From: Geosiphon pyriformis uo1 | Taxonomy: Eukaryota; Fungi; Glomeromycota | Direction: 5' to 3' | Length of the DNA stretch: 64,000 nt | Assembly: GCA_016748015.1 (NCBI GenBank) | Contig: JAAOMT010000690.1 | Span: 310,001-374,000, forward strand | Part shown: positions 12,839 through 26,950 of the stretch, piece after piece | How positions within the stretch are numbered: position 1 is the first letter of the stretch | Layout: every line of letters begins with the position of its first letter | The notes under the pieces: model-generated | Told to the model about the DNA's origin: nothing | The model's input: only the letters and a program-made list of their open reading frames with translations | Databases searched by the model: none | Program-made: the position numbers and the translations under genes

Positions 12839-15800
12839 GGATATTCGATAAAACAATTTGCTGTACGAGAAAATGTAAGCTTATTTTTGATTGTATAAAT
12901 ATCCGAAAATAAAGAAGTTGCTTAATGCTTTAATGATAAACCAAAGTCAAGCGGTCCATAAATTATTTGGGTTTATATGTTGTTCGATAAATTCAGTATG
13001 GAAAATATTTACTGCTGGTCAAGCCAAAAAAAATAATTCTGTTGAAATATAAAATGTGTGTTCAAATAAATCGTTTATTCACAAGAACAAAACAAAAAGA
13101 GCCATTTCTTTAAAAAACTGACTAAATAATATCAAAACTGGACTATTAAAAATTGGAGACAAGTTATTTAGTCTAATAAAAGTAAATATTTTATATTTAG
13201 AGTAATATTGTAGGTGTACATTTAATGGACTAACATGTCATCCCAAAAATCAAATTTGGGATGGCAAAATAATGGTTTGGGATTGATTGACAATTAATTA
13301 CATTTCAACCTTTGTAAAATTGATGGAAATAAACGAAGAATATTATTGAAAATTGAAAAAATAAATAACATAATAAGAGTATATAAGATGAAATTAAACA
13401 CATGTACCATAAAAATTTTCATCTTTACTAAAACTATTTAAAAGAAATGTAACATTCAATCAAAATAAAATTTGAATATCTTTTTTGTGTTCGATTTCTT
13501 TTGTAAGTCACTTTAATTAACACCTTACTTCTTAAAAAACATTCTTTAAAGTTCTTTTGAAAAAATACAGTTATTGCATTGAAAAGTTTAAAAAACCATA
13601 CAAATCTAAAACCAATCATTTCTTCTGATGATTACTGTTAACGATTGGATTTGATTCGATCATGCAACGTTGATTTGTAACCATTACTGTTTGATTCTTA
13701 CACTGTAAAAATTCAGTTTTTCTTTTTTCTCAGGAACAAATATATGTTTGTTTAACAAAATTATAGATACTACCTTTATATTGGAATTTTAGCATACATA
13801 TTTCACAAGTCAAAACAAATTCTAGAAAACGACGAAGATTTTAATATGATAATTCCCAAGCATGCAAGTCATCTTTCTAATGTTAAACTGATCATTCAAC
13901 CGCCCTGACTTGGGACCAATAAAAAATTTTTTACTTATCAATTGGTTCACTACATAAAACTTAATTATTGATCAAAATGGGAAACTCAAACTCTAAAGCT
14001 ATTAATTATAAAAATTTGGTGCAGTAAACATTTAAGGTACAACGCCAGATCTTCGTTTAAAATGCATAAACCCACTCAATCGCACATAAAATTTGCAAAT
14101 TAGAGGTCAGAAATATTTCTATTGGTTGCTTTCAAATTCAAGTTTATTTGATAATGTTAATTGTCATAGAAAAAAATTCATATGAATATGGTTTCTCTAA
14201 TATTTGTAAGTTTCGATTCTCTGGTAGATTATTGACCTAAGTTGCCAAATCAACTTTAGCAGAATTCGAATTTTCTCAAGAGATAATAATATATGATCAA
14301 GAGGCAGTCCATGCGTTTTTTTTGTAACTTTTTGTGAATCAGTGTCGCCATCCGCATGAAATCTACTTTTTTCACGTAGGGGGACAAAATAGAAGACTAA
14401 TTGCTTGAACAATCAAACTTTTTACCATTATCAATTCTAATCTGCTATAAAAACTACCTTTAAAAATTTTCATCGTTTCCCGAGTAAAACTTTTTCATTA
14501 CATAATGACACAAATTTCTATTTAAGAGTTTGGCGTTTATTTGCTAACTGTTCCTCGGCAATTTGTACATCGGATATTTTAAACATGTTATTCTTACAAA
14601 ATCAATAGTCTAAATTAAATTAGGATGAAGTAATTTTGACTAATTTATCCTCCTGAATATTGGGTGCTTATGTGAGTCAGATACTCAACCACCTGGGGTG
14701 ATTTACAATATTTCTAAAAGTTTAAGGTCGTCGATTGACGTTCTTGAATGAAGTTTATGATCGAAAGTTTAATTTTCTAATCTTTGACATATTAGTTTTG
14801 GGCGATTCTTATGTTTGAAAAAATATAACTCAAAAATTGAGTTTCCAATGATTAAGATTCGTAGCCTCGAAAAGGTTTCATTAATTAAATTCAAATTGAC
14901 CGTTGATATATTAAATTTTACTTTTAAACTATTAAAAAATATTTTCTAATTTAAATATATATATATCTTTTAACTTAACAAGTTCAAGAAATAGTCCCTT
15001 TTTAAATTACTCAGTTCTTTACATAACAAAAGGGTCATTTATTAGCTGCTTCAATGAGCAGGCCTGAGAATCGTTTTTTGAGCTATAAATCATAAATTTC
15101 AAATGAATAATTATTTAAGAAGCGTTTTGAGTGCAATCACTCAAAGAAAGCATCCAAAACGTTCAGAACTATATTGATAAAAACTATTTTTAGAGAATTA
15201 AATCACGATCTAGTTAATTGAAAAGCTTTAGAGTTTAAGGGATGTTGAACATACAATCCTTTAATTTTTAAAAAGTGTTGCTTATTAATGGTCTTTGCTC
15301 TTAGAAAATTGATGATCTAAGACAAAAAATCAATGCATCATCAACTGCCCCGTGCGTCATTTAAATTTGTGTATTATTGGAATTTAAGGTTTCTCTTTAT
15401 CAATGCAAAATTTTCACTGCAAGCTGTTTCATTCAACTTCTTTATCCGGAAATTCACTCAATTTGAAAGCTTTTAGAGGAATGTTTATGTATTCCATTTA
15501 AGACTGGTAATTGTCTTAAATTTTCAAATTAGAGAGTAGTTATTAAATGTAAGATATTAGAAAATTCAAAGTTGAAAAAACGCAAACATGCTTGACGTTT
15601 TTCAGATTCCCTATAATTTCTTGACCAGGCACTCTTAAAATCTAATACCAAATACAAGGATTCAAAAGAACTTCTATTTATGAACAAAACGTTCACAGTA
15701 TTGTTGAAGGAGCTTTTCATTGGCTGAAACCTTATACTCCATATTAAAACTTAATTCTCGTTATCTCAGCTCCGTGATGTGTCACTCACCATTACACGGT

Positions 15801-15953
15801 CGATTTCGATCCCACCGTTTCTCATGTAAAATTTGTAAGCACGTGGATATTATTAATGCATGAAATTGAAGATTGAATTTCTCAAAAGCATAAATATGAG
15901 CCACCGGGGAAGCTTGTTGATTCCTCAATCTCAATCAAAAACTCTTTCTTAAA

Positions 15954-17381
15954 ATGGGATTTCATCATAGCAAACAAATGTCATATGCCAAAGTTAATGA
16001 TAAGAACCATCGCAAATCCCCTTTCAAACATAAAAAAAAGCAATGTCATAAATTCCACTCGCAGAAACCCTTGAAAGAATCTTTTCGACACAATGATTCC
16101 AAAATTTCTGAAGAGACTGCAAACTGCTCATCACGCAGTAACAGCTCAAAGGTTTCGTATCATATGCTGGATGGTCGTCGGTATCTCAAAGAAGAGGAAT
16201 GTGTTTATTTCTTCCCGGTAGATGTTAAAGAATCAGATCGAGCTATTTTATGCCACTTCTTGCTGAAAGCTCTTTGGCAAGGAAATTTCAAAGCTCCAAT
16301 CGAAGAAAAGTTGAGGAATGGTGAAATGAAAGTGCTTGACATAGGGTATGTAATTAGATGGATTTTCTTTCAAGATTATTTTAAATTTTCTTTCCGCCAG
16401 ACAATAATTTTCAAGAAATACTCATTCATGTAATAAATGCTTCCTCTTATTTTTAAACTTTGTACAGCTGCGGACCCGGCCCCTGGGCATTAGAAATGGC
16501 ATCAACATATCCGAATTCACATTTTACAGGCATCGACATAGCACCAGATTGTCCGAACGAAATAAAACCAAAAAATACAAAATTTTCCCAAATAAACATT
16601 CTTGAAGGTTTACCTTATGTAAACAACCATTTTGATTATGTTCATCAACGTATGATGTCTACATCATTTACATCCAAACAATACGATGAAATTGTGTTAC
16701 CTGAATTAATTCGCGTGACTAAATCTGGGGGCGTAATAGAATTAATGGAATTCGACCAAACGTGTATTAAGATTGGACCAATCTTTGCTCAAATGGATGA
16801 GTTTTGTAAATTTAGAACTTAAAATTATTTATGTAATTTTCACGCGCTTCAGACACAAACCGACTAACTTATTTCCGATCAAATATTTTAGATAAAGACT
16901 TTCTAAAAAAAGTTGGTATAGATGTTTATCAAGGATCGAGGCTAAGAAAATTACTGGAGAATTGTGATGAACTTCGGGATATAAAAATGGGATCGATAGA
17001 AATACCATTCGGTTCTTCACATGGAAAAATGGCAAAATTGGTGACTATCTTTGATACATTTTTTGGTTTAAATTTGAGCTTTAGGAATATAAAGACCAAA
17101 CTAATTCATATCCGATTCTCAATAGATGGCCGAAAATTTTTATGAAGGATTCTTGGCAGCAAGAGGTCAAATCTCTGCTGTAATGAACATATCCCATGGG
17201 GAATACGATCAATTGATCGAACCTGTTTTTAAAACAGAGCTGAATCAAAACCAAACTGCCATCTTTGCTCACAGGTATTCATCTTAGCTAATTTAAGTTC
17301 ACACTTATTTTTTCGTTCATCATTTTTTTCTGAAACTCTTGCATCCTTTTTACCGACAGATTTTATGCTACCAAAATTTAA
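15954..17381 (+). CDS. Class I SAM-dependent methyltransferase, multi-exon
   Basis: MGFHHSK...YHMLDGRRY, FFPVDVKESDR, ALWQGNFKAPI, spliced KVLDIG|CGPGPWALEMAS, FTGIDI, LPYVNNHFDYVHQR, ELIRVTKSGGVIELME; last exon FYATKI-stop. Confidence 0.9.
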
Positions 17382-18040
17382 TGAGAGAAATTTCCCTCTT
17401 ACCAAAATCTTGGTCACTTTTTATGATATTCTAAGATTTTGCATCTGTTATTGATATTTGTATATATATTTGTAGATGTTTGTACTAGTATTAAATAAAA
17501 TAATCATTCTTACAATTGTACGCAAGCAAACGCGGAATAGCTGAACTTTGTAGTCCAATAATTTATTATAACGACACGCAGTAATTTAAATTCCCTTTTC
17601 AATTGATTGCTAGAGAAACCAATATTGAGAGTTTTTTGAGTTTAGATCAAGTACTCGCAGAGTCATGGTTTTTATGTGGGAAGGCATTCATGCTTATTCT
17701 TTTTGATAAGTGCTTAATTGTGTCATGTGAAATTGAATTCATGCCTTTTCTTGCACCAATTTAGAATGTGCTATTAACCGATAGCATTGACCAATCGCAT
17801 TATCAGGCCAATATCTATTTTTAAGACTAAACTCGACTGCAAGGAAAAATTTTGAACATGATACGCGTTTTTCTACTTCCAAACACTTGAAAAATTCTTA
17901 GTCTATTATTTATCCGATTATTCTAGTGTGATATTTATATAAAAATTCCTCCGAAAACAATGTCAAACAAAGACACAAGCTCATATTATTATTTAAGTAC
18001 GAATTACATATTAGAACAGGTTGCTTGTGGTTACTGCCAT

Positions 18041-19466
18041 TCAAATTTTGGTACAATAAATTCTGTAAATAAAATGAAGATTTTCAAAGTTCAGAAAGTT
18101 GGCTTCGTGATAGACTACGATATCTGAAGGCCATACAGTAAACTTACTTGTGAACTCGAATACAAGTATTATATAAATCCACTTCTGATTTGAATATCGT
18201 ATCACACATTCGAATGAATTCGGAATCCGAGATTTTCATAGAACATGATAAAATTGGTTGCTGCGCCAAGCATAAATGATACATGCTATTTTTGGACTAA
18301 AAATTTATTCAAGAAAAAGTTTGAGCCCGTAATAACGTGACTTTTCCATAGAAAAATTCTTACTCTTACCAGGTCACTGATACTCCCATTCTGTTTTCCA
18401 AGAGGAACAATTTTCTCTTCATAATGAATATTTTTAACTTGTTTTGTTCTTTCTAGGGCTTGTTTTAATGTGGATCCTATATTACAATTTATCCCGTTTG
18501 ATTCAAGAAACCGTAAGTCTGAATAAAAGTCATATAAATTTAATTATAAGTGTTATGATAGTAAAAAAGCCCAATTTATAGGACAAACTCACAATAGTTG
18601 GCCAGGAATCTGAGAACAGGTCCTTGATTAATAAATTCAAAATTCATTTCTGTAAATTCTAACAAGCCCTCAGGCTTTGTAACACGCAGAAGCTCAGGAA
18701 TGATGACTGAACAAAATTGAAAATCCGTCAAAGTAATGGCCATTAGCGTTTGGTAGACAAAGGAAAACGTCTCATCTGAAAAAGGCAACCCGGCCAGGAT
18801 ATTGGTATGCGTAAAGGTCACATTGTAAGGTGAAGTACTATTAAATTTCTCAATAGATGGATCAATATTAATCTCTGTAACATTTAGTGATGGATAGGAT
18901 TTAGCCATCTCGATTGCCCATGATCGTGTACCACAACTAAAAAATTGAGTGAGAAAAATCAGAAAGCCTGCGAAGATAAAAATTAATAGCTTTTTATCTA
19001 TGAAAATTTGTGCTACTTGATGGTCAAAACTTTTTCATTTCCTCCCTTTAAAATTGACTCAACAGGTGCCTGAAAATTTCCTCCCCAAACAGCTTTCATC
19101 CACACATGCTGAATATCGAGATTTGCTGGATCGGCAAAATTATTCGAAATCTGTCAAGTAATTGATTCATCAAAATATTCAAAATTAAGCAGAAACAGCT
19201 AAAACTTAATTCACAATACTAACTTTTCCATCAATCAACACACATCCTCCGGACTGAAGATTTTCCATACTTGAAATACTTTTTAACTTACTCCAAATTC
19301 CCTCAACCTCGACATTTGAGCTTTTAGAGGGTGTCTCAAATAAAAAGTCTTCCTTGTCTTCTGGTTCACTCTGGGTAGAAACAGTATTGGTAACGCAAAT
19401 TAAACATTGTTGACATAAATCTTGCTGGTCTTGGATCTTGTGACTTTGACTTAAACAGTTTCCCAT
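18041..19466 (-). CDS. Class I SAM methyltransferase-like protein with degenerate motif I, multi-exon
   Basis: MGNCLSQ..., AVWGGKFSAPV, spliced KVLTIN|CGTRSWAIEMAK, LPFSDETFSFVYQ, ELLRVTKPEGLLEFTE; last exon IYCTKI-stop. Intron positions match its two paralogues. Confidence 0.82.
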
Positions 19467-20912
19467 GGCTTTTAAAAAGTATTTTGAACCCTTTGAGTTG
19501 TTGTAAGAATTTAGGCTAGCTAGTTTTATATTCTTATTAAAACCTTCAAGTTATTTTTAAACAGCCAAAATTTTAAGGTTATTTAATAAACATGTTTATA
19601 AAATCTGCAATAGATTAATCCCTTGCAACTTGGGATTGATTTAATACTTGCTTTCCAATTAATGAGCACAACTCCTTGGCCGGACAGATTTGCCAGAATT
19701 TAGCGACCAATTGTGCAGTTATTTCTATACTATTTGCATACAATCCTTCGCATTTTGCATATTTTGGGAGTTCCTTCTAAATTCTTATTAAGCTTTAAGT
19801 GCTAAAATGATTCTCGTCATAATCAGGTCGACGGATCCCATGATTTCATAAGGTTTTTAACCTGATTTTAAACATTTCATCGGAGATAACGAACTGGGTA
19901 GAACAATAAATTTCTTTAAAATATAATTTAAAATATTAATCACCACAAGGAGCGTTTTAATAATCGTTTGAATTCTCTGTGAAAAATTTGGTGGCCAAAA
20001 AATTTTCTTATTAACATGGTGTAAGTTTTTGGAAATGAGGTTTATTAAAATCAAGGATTGAAATTATCTATTCATCCACACTACAATGAAACATAGAAAA
20101 AAACCAATTTATCAATAGACTGATTATTTATAATCTTTATGGTCACTTTCTATATTGATTCATCTAATCTGAGGTTGAATAAATAGAATTTGATCTATTT
20201 TTTCCCCCATCTTTTGAATGTAGTGCTATAGTTTGATAATTTTAAGAAGTGTATTTCATGAAATCTTAGATGACAATAAAATAAATCTTGTCGCCCCAAA
20301 TCCTAAGTACTGAAAAACAGACTTGCCCAAACTTCTAATTCAAATACTCGAAAATATTTTTTCTATTTATATTTTTGCTCAAACATGTCTTGAAATTCCA
20401 AATAGGGAGTATACACTCGATCTGAGAGACTTCCGGGTTAAAACTGAGATAGTTTTCAATTTCTTTTGTAATCAAGGTGCTCTTATCTCAATTTTTGTAA
20501 AATTTGCACAGCACCTGCATATTTTTGATCAAGAAATCAAAAGGTCTAGCCGCGTCTCGAACACTCCTCTTGACGTTCTCGAACGATTCATTAAAAAATA
20601 AAATTCTCTCAATTGATTTCACTGGTAATCTTCCACCGAATCTTTTTTTTTGCATTTCTTGTCCTCTTTATCCTATTTTTTATTATTTGTGTAGAGTCTA
20701 GAATCAATTTAATCAACAATGTCGACCTGTGCGGTTTTGTGCTTTCATGTAAAATTATTCAATGATCATCAATTTGTGAATCTGTAGTAAGGAGAGGCAT
20801 GACAAATATCTATCTAAAATTGCCCACAAGATCAATTTGCAATGGTTTGAAATGTTTTCGCATGTCTTGCTTCACGACTTTCTTTTTCAACTTCGAGATG
20901 ACCCTTCTCAAA

Positions 20913-21605
20913 ATGAACGAAGGCCTGCCTACTGAGACTATGATTCAAATCTTCTCTGAAGTTGCCGAACAAACAAGGTATACTTGTTTATCGCAAATTG
21001 GTTGTTTTTCTTGTGGCTCTGCTCAGCAATTTATTAAATATATAAATGCACGCGTGATGGATGAATAGCTTAAGGAGAGTGTGGCGGTTTCGATGTCTTT
21101 CCAAAGATATGAAAATAATCATTGAGGCAGTTATCGCTGATAATTTTCGCCAAAATATTGAATGGCGTGTAACTGGATGGGTACAATATTTTTGGTGAGT
21201 TTTTGGAATCTGCGCTTTTTTTAAATCAGACTCAAATTTTTATAGACATATGACGAAGACAGCACATGGTCATGGGAAATCGTCCCATTTAAACCGCACG
21301 TCATCTTAGCGTCTTCGCGAGATGAGCAAGTATTTCGAATTTTACCGATTGTGTGTTCCAAAGAAATTAATTGGTCATTAATGCTTCCCTGGTATGAATT
21401 CTGGCTTCGTGCAAAGAAAAGAGACCATTTTAAATGGAGGGATCTCAGTGAAAGGATTGAGAAAAGGCGGATGGTAGCTCATGGAGAAGAAAATTGGTTT
21501 GGAGATGTCTGTGTTGTTCACAGCTATCATGAGGCGGGTAAAAAATTGATCAAGGAATTTAAAATTGAGCTGGGACATTTGTTTTCACTTTTTGAAGGTG
21601 CTTGA
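20913..21605 (+). CDS. F-box domain protein (3 exons)
   Basis: Removing introns 20978-21068 and 21181-21245 gives MNEGLPTETMIQIFSEVAEQTSLRRVWRFRCLSKDMKIIIE (F-box-like LPxExxxxIF...), open through ORF 21351-21605. Donor sites GTATAC and GTACAA are weak. Confidence 0.6.
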
Positions 21606-23396
21606 AGAATGACAAGGTAATTATTAATGGGTTTTTCAATTTTATGAATATTATTCAGCTTGGCTTTTTCTGAGTGAATTAAAGTGATTAAAATTTTCTC
21701 CTAACTTTATAAGCACCCAGCTAAGATAATTCGGATTCTTAATCAACAAACTTGGGCATTGACATGCAATTTTTTGCAATACATGCTTAACAAAAACTCA
21801 TTCTTAAACACTTTCCAACATAAATAATGTGAAGTCTGCGCTTTTTCTTTTATATTAAAAAACCATGATTACGAAAAGTGATATATGTTAGCCTTCGCAA
21901 TTTGGGTTCCGGTATTCGCTGAGCTCAGAAGGTATAAAGATATGTTTATTACGAGAAACGGGATTGTGGTAAAAAAATCTAGTTAAATCACAAAACAGTT
22001 ACTTTTGAAAGGAATGTAGTATCACTGACAGAAGATAGTTGATTCTGGATTTCATGTCATCAGTACAAAATTATAATACTTAAGTACAAATATAGCGGCT
22101 CAAAAATGACTCAGTTTAACACAAAATTATGTTATATGCTATTTCGTCTGATCTCGTACTAATTTTTCCAACTTTTTGGGGTGATTTACTTGAATAAAGA
22201 TTTTTTCTTAAATTCGGTTGCTAGGTCTCATGGCCTTATAGCTTTTGAAGATAATTCAGAGGCCAAATATAATGAAATTTTTAAAGCCTCAGAAAAGAAT
22301 TCAAAGGTTTTGTGATTTATTAAATTAGAATTTTAATCATGGCATATTTATGGCTTCAAAAATGGAAAAATTTAATTTTATTAACTTGATTTCTGTTTAG
22401 AAAAATCTAATGTTTACAGGAATATGATAAAGGGTTTTTAGGTTTCCATTATATATTTTAAGTTTTAGAGAAAGTGATTTAACAATTATCTTTTCTTTTC
22501 TACAATTTGCTTGCAAAAATAGATTTCCCATTGAACTTTTATTCATATTTTCTCCTTTTGTATAAACAAATAATTTTAGGTCCAATTTTTTCTCAACCTT
22601 TAGAACATAACATTCAGGTTAAAGAAATCAGGACAACCATTTTTAGCTACTTGATTTTTTGAAAAGCATAATTTTTATAATTGAATGAAACGTGCAAAAT
22701 TTAATATTAATTTAGTTTGAAGAAAGAAATCCAAAGAAAACTGTAATTTTTTTTTACCTCGATTTTTTTAGGCTCATATTCGATTCTTCACTTTCAAAAA
22801 AAATTTTGAGATCTGAAATGGTTCTTACCTCTACCGCCAGGTACCCCATTTTTTAAATTGGAAACTTCATCTCATTTTTACAATTTTAGTGGTTAAAACA
22901 TGGCTCTTCAGAAAGTATTTTTGTGATATAAAGACTTCTTTTAATATATAAAAATTTTACAATAGGAATTCGGGAACAAAAAACAGGTACAAATAAAAAT
23001 AAATGAAAATTTATTTTATTTATACCCTTAAAACATTTTCTTATTTTCAAGATGAGTAATTTAAACACCAAAAAGATAATGTCCAAGTATTCCTGAAACT
23101 ATTTTGGAACACCCATACTGACAGAACAGCATCTCATGTTGCACAAAGAATGTCCAATATTTGTGATATTAAAAGGATTGTGATGTTTATTTCGGTTCTT
23201 TCTTAGGAAAATAAAGGGAGAAAAAATATCAACCTTCGTTATACTTGCACCAAATATCATGGCAAAGAATATTTCTGTTTTTTAGTTAAATATTTAGCAC
23301 CATTACCTATGTCAATTAACGAAATACTATATACATGACATCATACTTTTCACTTGTAAAGCTACTGGTGTTTTCGATGAAAAGTGGATTTGGTTT

Positions 23397-24134
23397 TTAA
23401 ACTTTAAATATAGTGCTGAGAAGACACTTGATTTCGTTCTCGTTATTTTTTTCCATGTTTGCTGTGCAAAATTTGATAGCTGAAAATATATCAATATTGG
23501 TGCCAATTCCATTTTTAGAATAAAGTGCCAATTGTCTACTGGCAAGTAAATTTCCTCCTTGAGCACTTTTTTCTAAACAAATTACAACGTTCCGTTTATT
23601 AGGTGTTCTCTCAAGATAGCATCTGGCGAGTTGATTGTACGCTTCAGGATTACCACGATTAGCCGCATATTTATACCAATAAAAAGCGGACTGAAAATTT
23701 TCATTTGTTCCAATTTCCCACTCATAGCACCTTCCAACCATAACTGCCCCATTCATATCTCCCATGTTAGCTGCCTTTTTATAATATTTGTAAGCTATTA
23801 GTTTATGATTGAGAACCTCCATGATCCTTTCGTAGAAAAATCCAGCCAACGTCATGCGAGCGGCATTTGTTTGATTAAAGTGTAATTCAAGCAAGATACC
23901 TCTGGCATCATACGCCTCCCATTTGATCGTAAGACGAATTACATGAAGAATTTTATCCAGTGATGTTCCATTATTAAACGCTTTATTGAAGATTTCCAGG
24001 AGCGTATTGATAGCTGCCTCGATTTCTGGCCTTTTTGTTGGCTTTACATCATTCTCGTATGTCTCGTTAAACCAATATTTATTAGGAAATGCCGAGCCCC
24101 AAGGAATAACGGTCTCGTTAAAATTATGAGCCAT
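23397..24134 (-). CDS. Sel1-like repeat protein, intronless
   Basis: AYKYYKKAANMGD, VGRCYEWEIGTNENFQSAFYWYKYAANRGN, EKSAQGGN, LALYSKNGIGT. First ATG at 24134. Confidence 0.88.
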   Translation of the reverse strand: MAHNFNETVIPWGSAFPNKYWFNETYENDVKPTKRPEIEAAINTLLEIFNKAFNNGTSLDKILHVIRLTIKWEAYDARGILLELHFNQTNAARMTLAGFFYERIMEVLNHKLIAYKYYKKAANMGDMNGAVMVGRCYEWEIGTNENFQSAFYWYKYAANRGNPEAYNQLARCYLERTPNKRNVVICLEKSAQGGNLLASRQLALYSKNGIGTNIDIFSAIKFCTANMEKNNENEIKCLLSTIFKV

Positions 24135-26251
24135 GATATTCAAAAATGTTTTATTGATGCTTGAAAATCAGGGCAGCCCGTTTTTTTTTTTATAGTAAGT
24201 TTGACATAACATGAAATTGCGTAACAAATTGATAATAACTTCAGACCCACGATCACCTGACTACCAGCAAAGTGTCTGCCTAGAAATAATTGTTTCATTC
24301 TAAAATAGTTCAGCATTTATAATCTGCTATGGTAAAAAAGGCTAGTTAGATTTGTTATGGATTATCTATCGGGCCACATCTTAAACTATGGAATGCTGTT
24401 TATAGGCCTTATTAGTTTAATATAATAAGTTTAAGCTATTTTCAAAAATCAGGACACAGCAACTTGTGTATTTATTCCATATATTGTACATTTTAGCTTC
24501 AATTCATACTTTATTTCATTTTATTTTGTTTAATTAGCGCTAGTTACTTTATTCTTGTAATTATAAAATCAGATAATTTCATAAATTTTTGAGCTTTTCA
24601 GTAACAATTCCATAAAAATGCTCAATTCATTATTGAAAATAATATCTGTTTGATTTTACAAGTCTGGATATTTTATATCAATTTTTAAATGTAAACTGTA
24701 CCTTTGAAAAATATTTTTGTAGTGATTACTATTAAAAAAAAAAGGTAATTAATTCGAAATAAAGTAGTCGAGTATTTTTAATTTTGGTCATTATTTTAAG
24801 CTTATCAAATTTAAAAGAAAAAGTACACTTAATTTATAAATTTATAATTTAAAAATTAAACAAATTTATAACTTATAAATTGTCTTAAACTTTAGAATAT
24901 TTCTAAGGACTTGGTTAGTTTTAAAATTTTGCTAGTTAATAATCGATAATTTTTTGCAATTTTTTAATCAATAATCACTTAGTATGTTTAGAAAATTTAA
25001 CTTTATATGTTGTACTTGAAAAAACGTGTTAAAAAATCTGCGTCTTTACCTTTTCTCAAACCCAATTCAATCAAAAATTTATCAGAATTAATATAGTTTT
25101 AACTTTGAAGAAAATATTTAATGTGAAACCAATTTTTTACTCATAAGTGGATTTTTAAATTACTATGAAAACTCAATTATTTTTTCTTATATTAATCGAA
25201 TCATCAAGGTTAAGGTTCATCTTTTTTTTGTTGTGAATGAATATTTTGAATACATGGAGCACCGAAAACATGTTTACTTTGATTCCGGTTAACAAGATTA
25301 GAATTTGAAAATATAAAAGATTTATTTTTTAAACTGGTATAGTATTCATTTGAGATTTTCAAATATCAAATTTTCTAAAGCACTCTTTTTAGTTGAACAT
25401 AGAAAGCCAAATTTAAAATTCTCCTAAAACTCAAATTCTGGATCGATCGTTTAATTCGGGAAAAAGTTAAGTTTTGATATGAAAATTTAGAGTTTGGGAT
25501 TTCCAATATTTCTTTTTTTATTCCACATAAACAAACTATAAAGTTTAAAAGAAAGCTAGATATCTATAGTGAGACAAAATTAAAGTTTTTTTTGAATTGA
25601 TATTGTCACCTGAAAAGATTATTCTAATTTTCTCTATTAGAGGAAAATTTAAACCTCAAAGTCTTTCTGTTTAACATTGGATGAAATTCATAGGTATAAC
25701 CGGCTTTATGACAAAAGGTTTTTCAAGGATCCATGACCACTTATGAACCATCAAAATTGGTCAAGAAATTTAAGGTTACTTGAATTTTAAAAAAAGGCTT
25801 CATAAAACTAAAATTCTTATGGTTCAACTTGGAAGAGATTTTACAATCCGAGTTTTTTGAACTGGTTAAAGGAATTTGAGTTTCATTATATTGTTGAAAC
25901 TTTAAATCTCAATACATTCTGTAAAATATATCTTCAAGTATGAAAAAAAGGGAGAAAGTTGCTTAAGTTTGAGAATCTATCATAAAAATGTTTACAGCTT
26001 AAAAATTTTTTTTGGTTAAACTTTCTAAATCTTAATGGTACTTATATAGTTAGAAATTTGTAAAATCATCAACCTTTTAGGTCTTAATAAAAAGAAAATA
26101 AATTTAGTAAGGTAGTAAATCTTAGATAAAATATTATTTTAGAAAATTATACATGCTACATATATTCAAATTCCTGCTACAAAAATTGATAGTTTACAAA
26201 ACTTTATAGCTGCTGCATTAAAGAAGATGTTTGACAATATTACTGCTTTTC

Positions 26252-26950
26252 TTAATTTTGACCTTGCCTTTCTTCTGGGCTTTGATTTTTGGGTTTTGGA
26301 AAGTCAGGGCCAGTTAAAGTTTGACTTAAAAATGAACTGTTCTGCTTAATGGCATTTATATTAGGCTTAACACTTTCAAAAAAAGCGTTTGAATTTGTTC
26401 TGCTTAAATTTGAGATCAAGTGTGATATTGAAGGTAGCCAAGGGTGGTTTGGTAGTGTTGTAAATTGATTTCCCACTGTTTGTCGTGGAACTGGCAAAGT
26501 CCAGTTTTCTATCCAAGGAAATGTTGGCTGTGAGACTGTATTTGGATACCTTTGGCTCAATTTTGATATATTCGAAAATGAATTAAAGTTCCAAGATTCC
26601 ACAATTTGTGGTTTAAAGGTTTGTTCTTTGGATGGTTTGACAAGAGTAAGTTTCGATCCGAGTATTGGGTCAGGATCTTCTGAAAAATCGCTTTTATTTT
26701 CGAGCAGGGGAAAATTTGGGCACTTTTGTAACATCCTATCTATCCGTGTTTTCGTTGAGTAAATAACCTCTTTGGTCTTGGACTGAGGCCCTCTTTTTTT
26801 ACTAATCGGTTTAAAGGTACAGCACAATTCGTTTTTTTTACAATTTTTGCATGGACCCGGAAAACCACTACATTTAATCTTTTTAACTTGGCAATAAGTA
26901 CAAGCGTAACGAACCTTGAATTGCTTTTCTGGGACATATTCGTCCGACAT
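26252..26950 (-). CDS. Zn(II)2Cys6 transcription factor, intronless, 232 aa
   Basis: ACTYCQVKKIKCSGFPGPCKNCKKNELCC fits C-x2-C-x6-C-x6-C-x2-C-x6-C, followed by KKRGP. Confidence 0.92.
   Translation of the reverse strand: MSDEYVPEKQFKVRYACTYCQVKKIKCSGFPGPCKNCKKNELCCTFKPISKKRGPQSKTKEVIYSTKTRIDRMLQKCPNFPLLENKSDFSEDPDPILGSKLTLVKPSKEQTFKPQIVESWNFNSFSNISKLSQRYPNTVSQPTFPWIENWTLPVPRQTVGNQFTTLPNHPWLPSISHLISNLSRTNSNAFFESVKPNINAIKQNSSFLSQTLTGPDFPKPKNQSPEERQGQN

Noticed and set aside
5307-26950. Secondary-metabolite gene cluster (SDR, methyltransferases, Zn2Cys6 factor)
   Set aside because: No PKS, NRPS, terpene synthase or transporter; the genes are widely spaced and better explained by local paralogy.
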